64,000 bases of DNA. Origin: Candidatus Poribacteria bacterium. GTDB taxonomy: Bacteria; Poribacteria; WGA-4E; WGA-3G. The stretch lies in NCBI GenBank assembly GCA_965246985.1, contig OZ251998.1:4063381-4127380 (forward strand). The letters are read 5' to 3'. Shown here one piece after another: positions 18,449 through 27,648 of the stretch. Numbering within the stretch: the stretch's first letter is position 1; every line of letters begins with the position of its first letter. The position numbers were made by a program, and so were the translations under genes. The notes beneath the pieces were generated by a model that searched no databases, was not told the DNA's origin, and saw nothing but the letters and a program-made list of their open reading frames with translations.

Positions 18449-19510
18449 ATGCCGACACAATTACTCACGGTAAACGCAATTACAAAGGGGTTCGTAGCTA
18501 ACCAACCTCCAATAGTTAAAAGCATTAGCTTCAGCGTATACCCGGGCGAAATCTTCGCTCTTTTGGGCCCAAGTGGTTGTGGAAAAACCACCACCTTGCG
18601 TCTTATCGCGGGTTTTGAGAAGGCAGACGCTGGCACAATCGCTATGGAGAAACGGATCCTGGCGAGCAGCGCGGTACATCTTCCACCCGAATCGCGTGGC
18701 ATCGGGTTTGTATTTCAAGACTATGCACTCTTCCCACATAAAAATGTCCTTGAGAACGTCGCCTTCGGTCTCCGAAAAACATCTAAAAGAGCGAGGCATG
18801 AGAGAGCATTAGACGTACTTCGTCTGGTCGATTTGACGGGACTACAGACGCGTCTGCCACACCATCTCTCTGGCGGTGAACAGCAGCGCGTTGCACTCGC
18901 ACGCGCGATTATCGCACGTCCTAAGCTCCTCCTTTTAGACGAACCCTTCTCAAGTCTTGACCCAGGGTTAAGACAGTCAACCCGTGAAGAAGTCCGAGCA
19001 CTCCTGAAAGCCGAAGGCATCAGTGCTATACTCGTCACACACGCACAAGAGGAAGCATTAAGTTTCGCTGAACGGTTGGGAGTGATGAAAGACGGATCCC
19101 TTGAACAGATCGGCACGCCTGAAGCGGTGTATCGTTATCCGAAAACAACTTACGTCGCTGACTTTCTCGGGCAGACGAACTTCATTCACGCACACGTGAA
19201 AAACGGTATCGCTCAAACCCAGTTCGGACGCGTAAAGGTGGACGGTGAAGCCGCTGGCGATGTGCTTCTCTCTATTCGACCCGAGTACCTAAAGATGATG
19301 GCATCCGATGTTTGGGGCAGTGGGGCAAAAAGCGGACGGGTCGTGGGGCAGGCGTTTAAAGGACACGAGTTCACCTATCGCGTTGAAATAGACGGACAAG
19401 ACTACATCGTCCAGACCGATTACAACTGTCCCTTTCAAGTTGGCGATATCGTTATGTTGAAAGCGATATCAGCCGTAGCAGTCACACCCTCAAACGATGG
19501 TAAAGTATAA
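18449..19510 (+). CDS. ABC transporter ATP-binding protein (PotA/ModC-like, with a C-terminal TOBE-like domain)
   Basis: Walker A GPSGCGKTT, signature LSGGEQQRVALARA, Walker B LLLLDEP. Confidence 0.85.
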   Translation: MPTQLLTVNAITKGFVANQPPIVKSISFSVYPGEIFALLGPSGCGKTTTLRLIAGFEKADAGTIAMEKRILASSAVHLPPESRGIGFVFQDYALFPHKNVLENVAFGLRKTSKRARHERALDVLRLVDLTGLQTRLPHHLSGGEQQRVALARAIIARPKLLLLDEPFSSLDPGLRQSTREEVRALLKAEGISAILVTHAQEEALSFAERLGVMKDGSLEQIGTPEAVYRYPKTTYVADFLGQTNFIHAHVKNGIAQTQFGRVKVDGEAAGDVLLSIRPEYLKMMASDVWGSGAKSGRVVGQAFKGHEFTYRVEIDGQDYIVQTDYNCPFQVGDIVMLKAISAVAVTPSNDGKV

Positions 19511-19515
19511 ATATC

Positions 19516-19639
19516 AGGACTTATGCAATAGCGTTCGTCCGTTATGTTCCGCAGGATGGCTTCGGCTTTCGTGCCCTGCGTGTTCAAGTTCGGACGGGCA
19601 CAGGGACCCGTCCGAACAGCGTTTTGATGCGTAAGTCCT
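19516..19639. repeat. MITE-like element of the AGGACTTACGCA-termini family (copy B), directly after the ABC ATPase stop
   Basis: TIRs AGGACTTATGCA at 19516-19527 and TGCGTAAGTCCT at 19628-19639; a solo right-end fragment also lies at 19739-19750. Confidence 0.7.
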
Positions 19640-19864
19640 AAATATATCAGGACTGACACAAATTTCTTACGAGTAGTTACTACCACACGCCACTGCCCCT
19701 TCCCAGTACCGGTTTGAAGTCTTGCCATCAAAGAAAGCTGCGTAAGTCCTATATCTGTAGACTTTCAGAGCCATTCAGTTCTTCCGTAATTGCGATTTTC
19801 CGATCAAGGTCTCTTCCCAATAGCGACTCTTGCTGATTGCCGACTGCTGACAACTGATGGTTGA

Positions 19865-22000
19865 TTATAGCATTTCTCGGATTTCATTAATCTGTTGAAT
19901 CATCCGTGTAAACGCTGCAACCAACTTATTAATTTCGGCATGTACCGCGGCATCATCTCCTTGCGCTATGGCATCTAAGACCCCAGGGAAAACGACCGCT
20001 GCATAACCTGTATTAAGCCCCGGTGCATAGATAAGATGCTTGAACCACGGACGCAGTGGTAAACCCGCCTCACTTATCAAATTTCGCTCCAACTGATACA
20101 ACTGCTGGTTTATTTCCGCAATCCGAGACAGATCGTCGGAAGCAAGATAACGCACAAGCCCTTGGTTCAGCAAACCTGCCACTTGTTGCCATTCCGTGAG
20201 TAGATCGTCTAACGCCTTAACTCCCTTAGCAATTTTGTTTTCTGAACCGGAATTTTGCAACAGTTTCAGCGGTGTCATCAGGTCCGTCGCGTAAGTCTCA
20301 TAGTCAAAGGGCAAAATATCAGCGTTGGCAAGTTGTAGAGCAAGGGCCCCCCAGATCCGCGACATCGCCGCTTGATACTGAAATGTCGGATCACCGAAAT
20401 GTTCCATCCAGTAAAAATTATCTTGCATAGCATGGTAGACCCCGTAAGCACCACTGAAACCCATACTGACTGCGGGGATACCCGCATGCCCAACAAATGG
20501 CGAATGATCCGAACCGCTTCCGAGATTACCGACCTGCGGTATCTCCTTGTCCTGTGCTACTTTCCAACTCTCGTAAACCGGTTTCAGCGTTCCCGGGTCA
20601 ACGACAGTGCGTGTTACTTCGCGAATCAATTCTCGTAGCGAGGGGATTGCACTCACATAGAAACGTCCACCGGTCGCAGCAATATCCACATTAAGATACG
20701 CAATAGCTTTTTGCTGCAGGGTCGATCTCAAATCCTCAACCCATTCTGTTGAACCGAGAATACCGAATTCTTCAGCATCCCATGCAGCGAAAACGATTGT
20801 CCGCTTCGGACGCATGCCTTTCTCGGCGAGTTCACCCAAGCATTGCGCAACCTCTAATAGTGCAGTTGTCCCGCTGCCCGGATCCGCCGCACCGTAAACC
20901 CAAGCATCGTGATGGTTCCCTAAGATTACCCATTGGTCTGGATATTCCGTCCCCTCTAACGTCGCAATGACATTGTAAATCGGGCGGTTGCTGTGTTCAC
21001 AACGCACCTTAATGCGAACCTTCGCCGGTCCCGGTCCGATGTGATAAGCAAAAGGCAAGCCACCCTGCCATTCTGAAGGAACATTCGGTCCCGCGAGCGC
21101 TTTTAGAAACGGTTTAGCATCTCGATAAGCAAGCGGAACTACAGGAATCTTCGGGAGATCTGTGGCTTCAGCAATCGAGAGTCTATCGGCATCTTTAGTC
21201 GCTGCCCAGCCGGGTGTCAGTGGATCACTGGCGTGCTGAAAGATATATTTCACTGTTCCACGCTGTACTGCATCCTCCGAACGCCATGGACCCCGAGGGT
21301 AGACATCCCCACGCATATATCCATCATCAGCAGGATCTGAATACAAGATTAACCCAACAGCCCCATTATCGCCTGCAACTTTCGCCTTCACACCGCGGTA
21401 GCTCCCACCATATCGGGCAATACAGATTTTCCCTTCCACCGAAATACCGCGTTCCCTAAGAATTTGGTAATCTTCAGGTAACCCTCTATTGACGTAGATA
21501 AGTTCCGCCGTTACATCTCCATCCGGCGAATAGGCGTTGTATCCCGGCACTATCTCCGTTTCATAAGAATCTTTATCCCACTCCCAACTCGCTTCTTTGC
21601 CAACGGCGAGATGTTGACCCGGTGAAACAAGTTCTACATGCACCTCAAGCGGATACGGAAGATAGACATGATATTCATATACTTGAACCTGCAAACCGTA
21701 ACTTTCAAATTCTGTGCGTAGGTATTCCGCCACCTTGCGGCTATTCTCGGTCCCGGCAAGATGCGGCTCTTCAGTTAGATGCCGTAATCGATGCTTGCAC
21801 CTTTCCGCAGAAACGAGTTCTTTAAAGTCAGCCTCATATCGCTTTTGCCTAACAGCACTTTCTGCTGTGAATCCGCGCATACTAAAGCTATCGCGAGGCG
21901 AAAAAGTGAATACTACAAACACGCAGATTAAATAACAATACAGCCTTGAAGTCCGTATCGCCAAACATGAGATATCTTTTAACATTTTAATGATCATCAC
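19865..22000 (-). CDS. M28-family peptidase, glutamate carboxypeptidase II / transferrin-receptor-like (PA-M28-dimerisation architecture); true start is probably an internal Met
   Basis: ...GNHHDAWVYGAADPGSGTTALLEVAQ... matches the M28B zinc-binding region; 711 aa. Confidence 0.7.
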   Translation of the reverse strand: MMIIKMLKDISCLAIRTSRLYCYLICVFVVFTFSPRDSFSMRGFTAESAVRQKRYEADFKELVSAERCKHRLRHLTEEPHLAGTENSRKVAEYLRTEFESYGLQVQVYEYHVYLPYPLEVHVELVSPGQHLAVGKEASWEWDKDSYETEIVPGYNAYSPDGDVTAELIYVNRGLPEDYQILRERGISVEGKICIARYGGSYRGVKAKVAGDNGAVGLILYSDPADDGYMRGDVYPRGPWRSEDAVQRGTVKYIFQHASDPLTPGWAATKDADRLSIAEATDLPKIPVVPLAYRDAKPFLKALAGPNVPSEWQGGLPFAYHIGPGPAKVRIKVRCEHSNRPIYNVIATLEGTEYPDQWVILGNHHDAWVYGAADPGSGTTALLEVAQCLGELAEKGMRPKRTIVFAAWDAEEFGILGSTEWVEDLRSTLQQKAIAYLNVDIAATGGRFYVSAIPSLRELIREVTRTVVDPGTLKPVYESWKVAQDKEIPQVGNLGSGSDHSPFVGHAGIPAVSMGFSGAYGVYHAMQDNFYWMEHFGDPTFQYQAAMSRIWGALALQLANADILPFDYETYATDLMTPLKLLQNSGSENKIAKGVKALDDLLTEWQQVAGLLNQGLVRYLASDDLSRIAEINQQLYQLERNLISEAGLPLRPWFKHLIYAPGLNTGYAAVVFPGVLDAIAQGDDAAVHAEINKLVAAFTRMIQQINEIREML

Positions 22001-22023
22001 CTCTTTTGTTTTACCAAATAATA

Positions 22024-22198
22024 CCCAATTAGCTTGATTAGAAGTCTTTTGATCAAGTCAGCATTGCGAGGCACAGGGACCTCGCGCTACAAATGGGGTT
22101 AATTGGGTATTATACCCAATTAACTTGATTAGAAGTCTTTTGATCAAGCCAGCATTGCAAGGCACAGGGACCTCGCGCTACAAATGGGGTTAATTGGG
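22024..22198 (+). repeat. Two tandem MITEs derived from IS630 type 2 (22024-22107 and 22115-22198), each flanked by TA
   Basis: TIRs CCCAATTA(G/A)C ... GTTAATTGGG; ~95% identical to each other; sit in the divergent promoter region between the M28 peptidase and response-regulator genes. Confidence 0.8.
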
Positions 22199-22378
22199 TA
22201 TAATAACACATTCCACACTCGTTTTCACTATTTTTTTCATTTCTATTTATTGCCCGATCATAGCCATAACCAAAATTTGTCATTGCGGAAAATTAAATGT
22301 CTCTTAAAATTGGCAATTATCTGCGTCATTTGTTAAAATAGAATGTGGTATCAAAAATTGATCATAAGGAAGATTTAA

Positions 22379-23071
22379 ATGGATGCAAAGATTTTAATTG
22401 TTGAAGATGAACGCGATATCGCGGATCTATTACGATATAATCTACAAGAAGCCGGTTTTGAAACAGATTACGTCCGGAACGGCGCAGATGCACTGCATCG
22501 GGCTGTAGAAAAAACACCGGATCTTATCTTACTGGATTTAATGCTTCCAGAAGTAGATGGAATGATCGTCTGTCGCTTATTAAAGAACGATCCAAGGACT
22601 AAAAATATTCCTATCGTGATGGTAACAGCGAAAGCGGAAGAAAAAGATAGGGTCGCTGGATTAGAACTCGGCGCGGATGATTATATCACAAAGCCCTTTA
22701 GTCCAAGGGAAGTAGTACTACGGGTGTCTGCTGTCCTGCGCCGTATCCAAGTCGGCAAACAGACAGAAAACACCAAACGGATCGAAACACATGGGATCAC
22801 AATCGATCTCGACAAACATCAGGTACTAACCGAGAACGGCCCAATCGACCTGACCGCTACCGAATTTAAACTCATTACGCTATTCGCACGGTCACCCGGA
22901 CGCGTCTTCACGCGCTATATTCTCATGGACGTGATATGGGGACAGGACTATTACGGCATTGACCGGACGGTGGATACGCATGTTAGCCGCCTTCGACGCA
23001 AACTCGGCGAATTCGGCAAACATATTGAAACGGTGCATGGGGTCGGCTATCGGTTTAAGGGAAGCAGCTAA
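22379..23071 (+). CDS. OmpR/PhoB-family response regulator (receiver domain plus winged-helix domain)
   Basis: LIVEDE...DLILLDLMLP receiver motifs; C-terminal ...HVSRLRRKL...GVGYRF wing. Confidence 0.85.
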   Translation: MDAKILIVEDERDIADLLRYNLQEAGFETDYVRNGADALHRAVEKTPDLILLDLMLPEVDGMIVCRLLKNDPRTKNIPIVMVTAKAEEKDRVAGLELGADDYITKPFSPREVVLRVSAVLRRIQVGKQTENTKRIETHGITIDLDKHQVLTENGPIDLTATEFKLITLFARSPGRVFTRYILMDVIWGQDYYGIDRTVDTHVSRLRRKLGEFGKHIETVHGVGYRFKGSS

Positions 23072-23233
23072 ACACCGAAATCCAAACTCAATATCGGGAT
23101 ACTTTCAGGTTATGGTGTCAACTACCCCATGAAGCAGTACATCGGAGAGGATCGCCCACATGTTCGTGGCGAAAAAACGGCATGTCCCCTTCTTGGGGAA
23201 TAACAAACTATAGGAGCGGGTTTTCCTCCCCAA

Positions 23234-24859
23234 ATGAATTCAGGGGTTTCCAACCCGAAGAACTTGATGAAAAAATTGATCGTTCTAGTTGGACTGTTGA
23301 TTGTTAACTTCGCCTATGCACAAAATAATCTCGCACAACAGACTTATGTTATATTTGAGGCACACTGCTTTGATTGTCACGGTGAATCCGGCAAATTCAA
23401 AGAAACACTTTTCATGACGTATGATAATTTGATAGAAAAGGGAAGTGTCATCCCCGGTGATTCCGATGCGTCAGAACTCTACAAACGACTTCTCGCATTA
23501 ACAGATCAAGGTGCGCGGATGCCATTCAATCAACCGCAACTTCCACCTGAATTCATTGAAACAATCCGTCAATGGATAGAAATAGGCGCGCCTGATTGGG
23601 CAGTAACCATCGGGGATCGCACATTCATCACACAAGGCACAATGCTGGGGACAATCAAAACCCATCTTGACACGTTGAACGCATTTGACCGCAGTTATGC
23701 GCGCTATTTTTCAATGACACACTTATATAATGCCGGTGAACCTCTTGATGTGCTTGCCGATTATCAATTGGCACTTAGCAAGCTTGTGAATGGTCTCTCG
23801 TGGGAATTACAAATAGTCAATCCACAGCCGATAGATACAGAACAGACGATCTACTACATAGATATACGAGATTATGATTGGGATAAAAGCGAAGCATGGG
23901 CAGAACTTGAACAGGAATATCCGTATCACATCGCTTTCAACGCGCCAGAACAGACAAATCTAAATCAGAAGCTCACAGACCTTCAAACCGAAATGAATTG
24001 TAATGTGCCTGCTATCCATATAGATTGGTTTATAGCGAACGCCTCGCTGCCGCCACTTTATCACGATATTCTGGAATTGCCTGAAACTGATTTTGAATTA
24101 GAACAACGACTGGATGTAGATGTGGTTGACAATCTTTTGAACGCACCCGGACGGCGTGTGTGGCGCGCAGGGTTTAGTGAATCTAAAGTGTCCAGCAACA
24201 ATCGCGTCGTAGAACGGCACACGTCAAGTTATGGTGCGTATTGGAAAAGTTACGATTTTGCTGGTAGTGTTGGCAAACAAAACATCTTTGTGCATCCGAT
24301 CTCTTTCGTTCACGATGGCGGCGAAGTGGTGTTCAACCTGCCGAACGGTTTACAGGCATATTACTTGTCCGATGCGAAAAGCAATCGTCTGGATGTAGCA
24401 CCTATTGACATTGTATCTAATCCAGCAGCCAGCGATCAACGCGTGCGAAATGGGTTATCCTGTATCGGCTGCCACACCGAGGGTATGAAAACCTTTGAGG
24501 ACACCGTCCGACAAGCAATTGAGCAGACACCTGCCCCGCTTTACGACAAAGATAAAGCGTTGCGTCTCTATGTGGCACAATCGGTGATGGACGCGCATGT
24601 TGAAGGTGATGCTAAGCGTTACAAGGATGCGCTTGAACAAACTGGTGGCACAATCGGGGGTATTGAGCCGATACACCGCTTTTACGAGGCATTTCAGAAA
24701 CCTATCACAACTGCACATGCGGCAGCTGCGCTCGGCTTAGGAACTGAAACGTTCATTCAAAAAATCGGTGAGAATACCGATTTACAAGCGATTGGTTTAG
24801 TGCCACTGGTGGAAAACGGCAATCTTATAGTAAAACCCGAAAATATGTTTACACTTTAA
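23234..24859 (+). CDS. Secreted protein with two CxxCH haem-binding motifs (PSCyt-like cytochrome-c domain protein); likely start 23267
   Basis: Signal peptide MKKLIVLVGLLIVNFAYA; CFDCH near the N-terminus and CIGCH near residue 410. Confidence 0.55.
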   Translation: MNSGVSNPKNLMKKLIVLVGLLIVNFAYAQNNLAQQTYVIFEAHCFDCHGESGKFKETLFMTYDNLIEKGSVIPGDSDASELYKRLLALTDQGARMPFNQPQLPPEFIETIRQWIEIGAPDWAVTIGDRTFITQGTMLGTIKTHLDTLNAFDRSYARYFSMTHLYNAGEPLDVLADYQLALSKLVNGLSWELQIVNPQPIDTEQTIYYIDIRDYDWDKSEAWAELEQEYPYHIAFNAPEQTNLNQKLTDLQTEMNCNVPAIHIDWFIANASLPPLYHDILELPETDFELEQRLDVDVVDNLLNAPGRRVWRAGFSESKVSSNNRVVERHTSSYGAYWKSYDFAGSVGKQNIFVHPISFVHDGGEVVFNLPNGLQAYYLSDAKSNRLDVAPIDIVSNPAASDQRVRNGLSCIGCHTEGMKTFEDTVRQAIEQTPAPLYDKDKALRLYVAQSVMDAHVEGDAKRYKDALEQTGGTIGGIEPIHRFYEAFQKPITTAHAAAALGLGTETFIQKIGENTDLQAIGLVPLVENGNLIVKPENMFTL

Positions 24860-24892
24860 AGAGCAACAATTCCGCGAATACACTCGCTCGCT

Positions 24893-24914
24893 GGCGAGGT
24901 TTCCTAACCTCGCC
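24893..24914. repeat. 22-bp palindrome GGCGAGGTTTCCTAACCTCGCC (a mini-element made of two IS630 type 1 TIR tips)
   Basis: Near-identical to 1127-1146; the same 16-nt lead-in TCGCTGGCGAGGTTTC is found at the MITE start at 12004. Confidence 0.55.
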
Positions 24915-24979
24915 AATGTAAAGTTAATTGTGGGTTTTACTATAATAGAGATACATGGACAGCAAACTTCAGTTCTGTT

Positions 24980-25855
24980 GTGTTTGTGTTATATCCACCG
25001 ACACAAACGCCTGTTAATCCGGGTCCAGTAGTTGACTCTATTGTTTCGCTGCCGGGTGACATTGCGAATATACCAGATTCTAACTTACGCGTAGCAATCG
25101 CAAAAATACTTGGTCAATCTGTTGATGAACCTATTACGGTGGAACAGATGGAAAAATTTACTGCATTTGGAGTACATGGAAGTCAGTATAGGGACCTGAA
25201 CATAGAAGTAAATGTTCCATTTACATTAAGGGGAGAAGGGATTAAGGATTTAACAGGTTTGGAATATGCCAAGAATCTGAAAGAATTAGTATTCGAAGAT
25301 AACGAGATATCGGATCTAACGCCGATCGCTAATCTTACTAAAATTGAGAACCTTAGGTTCAGTAACAATAATGTGTCGGATTTATCACCCGTCGCAGGAC
25401 TAACAAGAATGCGTTCTATGGGAATGGAAAGCAATCCATTTTCGGACCTTTCACCACTGGCAGGGATGGAGGAGTTAGAGTCTATACAGTTCAGTCATAA
25501 TTTTCTTGTCACTGATATTTCGGCATTAGCGGGAAAAGAAAAATTGAAAAGTGTTCTTATGTGGGGTCCTCCGATCACGGATATGTCGCCATTAGCAAAC
25601 CTGCCTAATATTGAGACTATAGATTTGTGTGGTAATGAAATCTCAGAAATTCCATCTTTAGAGAATGCGCCCAAGTTGAAAGAGTTATATCTACGAGATA
25701 ACTATATCTCTGATGTATCTGTTTTACAAAATCTAACAAACTTAGAACGTTTGAATCTAGGAAACAATAAAATTACAGACATATCACCATTGGCAGGGTT
25801 AACTAATCTCAAATGGTTGGATCTTACAAGAAACCTAATCACTAAGCAATATTAA
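24980..25855 (+). CDS. Leucine-rich-repeat protein (internalin-like 22-residue LRRs); GTG start, no signal peptide; possibly a gene fragment
   Basis: Repeated LxxLxxLxLxxNxIxDISPL units; ends abruptly in mid-repeat. Confidence 0.55.
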   Translation: MFVLYPPTQTPVNPGPVVDSIVSLPGDIANIPDSNLRVAIAKILGQSVDEPITVEQMEKFTAFGVHGSQYRDLNIEVNVPFTLRGEGIKDLTGLEYAKNLKELVFEDNEISDLTPIANLTKIENLRFSNNNVSDLSPVAGLTRMRSMGMESNPFSDLSPLAGMEELESIQFSHNFLVTDISALAGKEKLKSVLMWGPPITDMSPLANLPNIETIDLCGNEISEIPSLENAPKLKELYLRDNYISDVSVLQNLTNLERLNLGNNKITDISPLAGLTNLKWLDLTRNLITKQY

Positions 25856-25993
25856 GAAATAGATTTTAGGTTTTGAGGCAGGGTGGAAAACAGGAAGACT
25901 ACAAGAAACGCTGTGTTCGTTATCTTCCCGGCTTCCATACTTCCAATCTTCCAACTGATATCGTGATCAAAAACATAAATTTAATATTGAAAC

Positions 25994-26656
25994 TTGCTTA
26001 ATTGGACACCTTTACATGAACTTTCCAAAAACACGAAGATCGAACCGAACGGCTTTGTGTTCACTTCGGATGCGACACATATTGTTGTAGAGGACACATT
26101 CACCTTTAATATTGACGCACTTTTTGCATGGAATCTCAACGGTTGGAATTGTAATATTACCTTTGATTCGGATATTCTTGAAGCAGTTGAAGTTGTCGAG
26201 GGGGATTTCTTGTCTTCTGACGGCACGGCTACCTTTTTTCTGGAAGGCAAAATTGACAATGAGAATGGTTTGATTACTGGATTCAGCGTGTTGCGTTTAG
26301 ACGGAAGCAGTATAAACGGAAGTGGAACATTACTATCAATCAAGTTCAAAGCAAAAAAGGTTGGTAAAACTACATTTGAGCCTGGTAATTGTGTTCTCGG
26401 TGATAGCGACGGTGTAGAAATACCATCAGAAACTCCAAAACTTGAGATTACTATTGAGGAATTTGTTCCCGAAGAAGAGGTTTTCACAGGTCCCGCATGG
26501 GATGTTAACAAAGACGGTATGATTAACGTATTAGATCTAATTATTGTCGCTAATAATCTCGGTGCTCCAGTTGATGAAGCACATCCACGAGCAGATATCA
26601 ACGGCGATGGTGTTATCAATATTCTTGACCTAACGCTTGTCGCAGGTGAAATTTAA
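25994..26656 (+). CDS. Cohesin-like domain plus type I dockerin repeats; no ATG start or signal peptide; possibly the 3' remnant of a larger surface-protein gene
   Basis: DVNKDGMINVLDLIIVANNL and DINGDGVINILDLTLVAG calcium-binding dockerin repeats at the C-terminus. Confidence 0.5.
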   Translation: MLNWTPLHELSKNTKIEPNGFVFTSDATHIVVEDTFTFNIDALFAWNLNGWNCNITFDSDILEAVEVVEGDFLSSDGTATFFLEGKIDNENGLITGFSVLRLDGSSINGSGTLLSIKFKAKKVGKTTFEPGNCVLGDSDGVEIPSETPKLEITIEEFVPEEEVFTGPAWDVNKDGMINVLDLIIVANNLGAPVDEAHPRADINGDGVINILDLTLVAGEI

Positions 26657-26833
26657 ACGGAGGGTTTTAGTGCAGTAGATGATAATGCGTGGAAACACGT
26701 TTCATGATGTACGTTCAGCGTTTCCAAATTTAAGGAAATGGATAAAGTGCTTCAATGCGAAAGGGAACCCGCAAGGTCTCCTCTCGCATTGAATGGCACT
26801 TATTAGACTCATATACAGATTTGGCTCTTGTAC

Positions 26834-27208
26834 CTATGGAAATTCTATTCCGAGTTTTCGACACACCTTTCGGATTTTGTTAATCGCCCCGCCTACCTGC
26901 TTCCCGTCTCGCGTGACACCAAAGAGGTGTTGGCTGACAACACGCCGAGAAATGCCGAGGATGTCTCCTATCTCCTCTTGCGTTTTGCCTTTATAGAAAT
27001 AGAGGTGGACACACTCAGTTTGACGTTTGGTTAATTCCTTGGCGATAATTTGACGAACTTGTTCCAAGACTGCCTGCCGTTTGGCACGACGCCTCTCCAT
27101 ATATTCGTCATCAGGTGCTCGATACCAGAAATAGTCTTCGGTGGTGAACTGGTCAAAAAATTCCGGTGGGACCGGAATCTCCCAAAAATCTGGATTAAAT
27201 CTGGGCAT
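26834..27208 (-). CDS. Small protein with a sigma-70 region-4-like HTH and an acidic/aromatic N-terminal extension
   Basis: ...LTKRQTECVHLYFYKGKTQEEIGDILGISRRVVSQHL... resembles the region-4 -35-binding HTH; only 124 aa, so not a full sigma factor. Confidence 0.5.
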   Translation of the reverse strand: MPRFNPDFWEIPVPPEFFDQFTTEDYFWYRAPDDEYMERRRAKRQAVLEQVRQIIAKELTKRQTECVHLYFYKGKTQEEIGDILGISRRVVSQHLFGVTRDGKQVGGAINKIRKVCRKLGIEFP

Positions 27209-27599
27209 AGATAGAGCAACTCCCTCAGTGTGAGGCGAGTGCGCCTATGCCATTCTCAATCAAATTATGATAATGGGCAGAGGCACCATCGCCTTGAACT
27301 GAATACGTTCAAATGAAATGTAGCGTGGCTCAAATTTACTCTAAACATCATGGTTACCTCCTCCTTCTTATTTTCTGTTTGTGGTTTGAAATGGTGCAAG
27401 CGGGTCAATGACCTTTCAGAAACGACCACCTCTTGCAAACTGCATCTGATAATCTAATAATATACCAAAAAACACAAAAATATGCCATAAAAATCTGGTT
27501 CAGCGCGTAACGCGTATTCCTGCCCAAAAGTAGCATACTTTCAAAATAGGGACAAAATAGGGGACAGAGGGATATAAACCCTCCGTCCCTTTCCAAAGA

Positions 27600-27648
27600 G
27601 TGTGACACTTAGTATCACACCACAAGGGCGTAACACTAAGTGTCACAC
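27600..27648. promoter_or_regulatory. Perfect 14-bp inverted repeat GTGTGACACTTAGT-(21 nt)-ACTAAGTGTCACAC in an 880-bp intergenic region
   Basis: Read directly; candidate operator or structured element. Confidence 0.35.
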
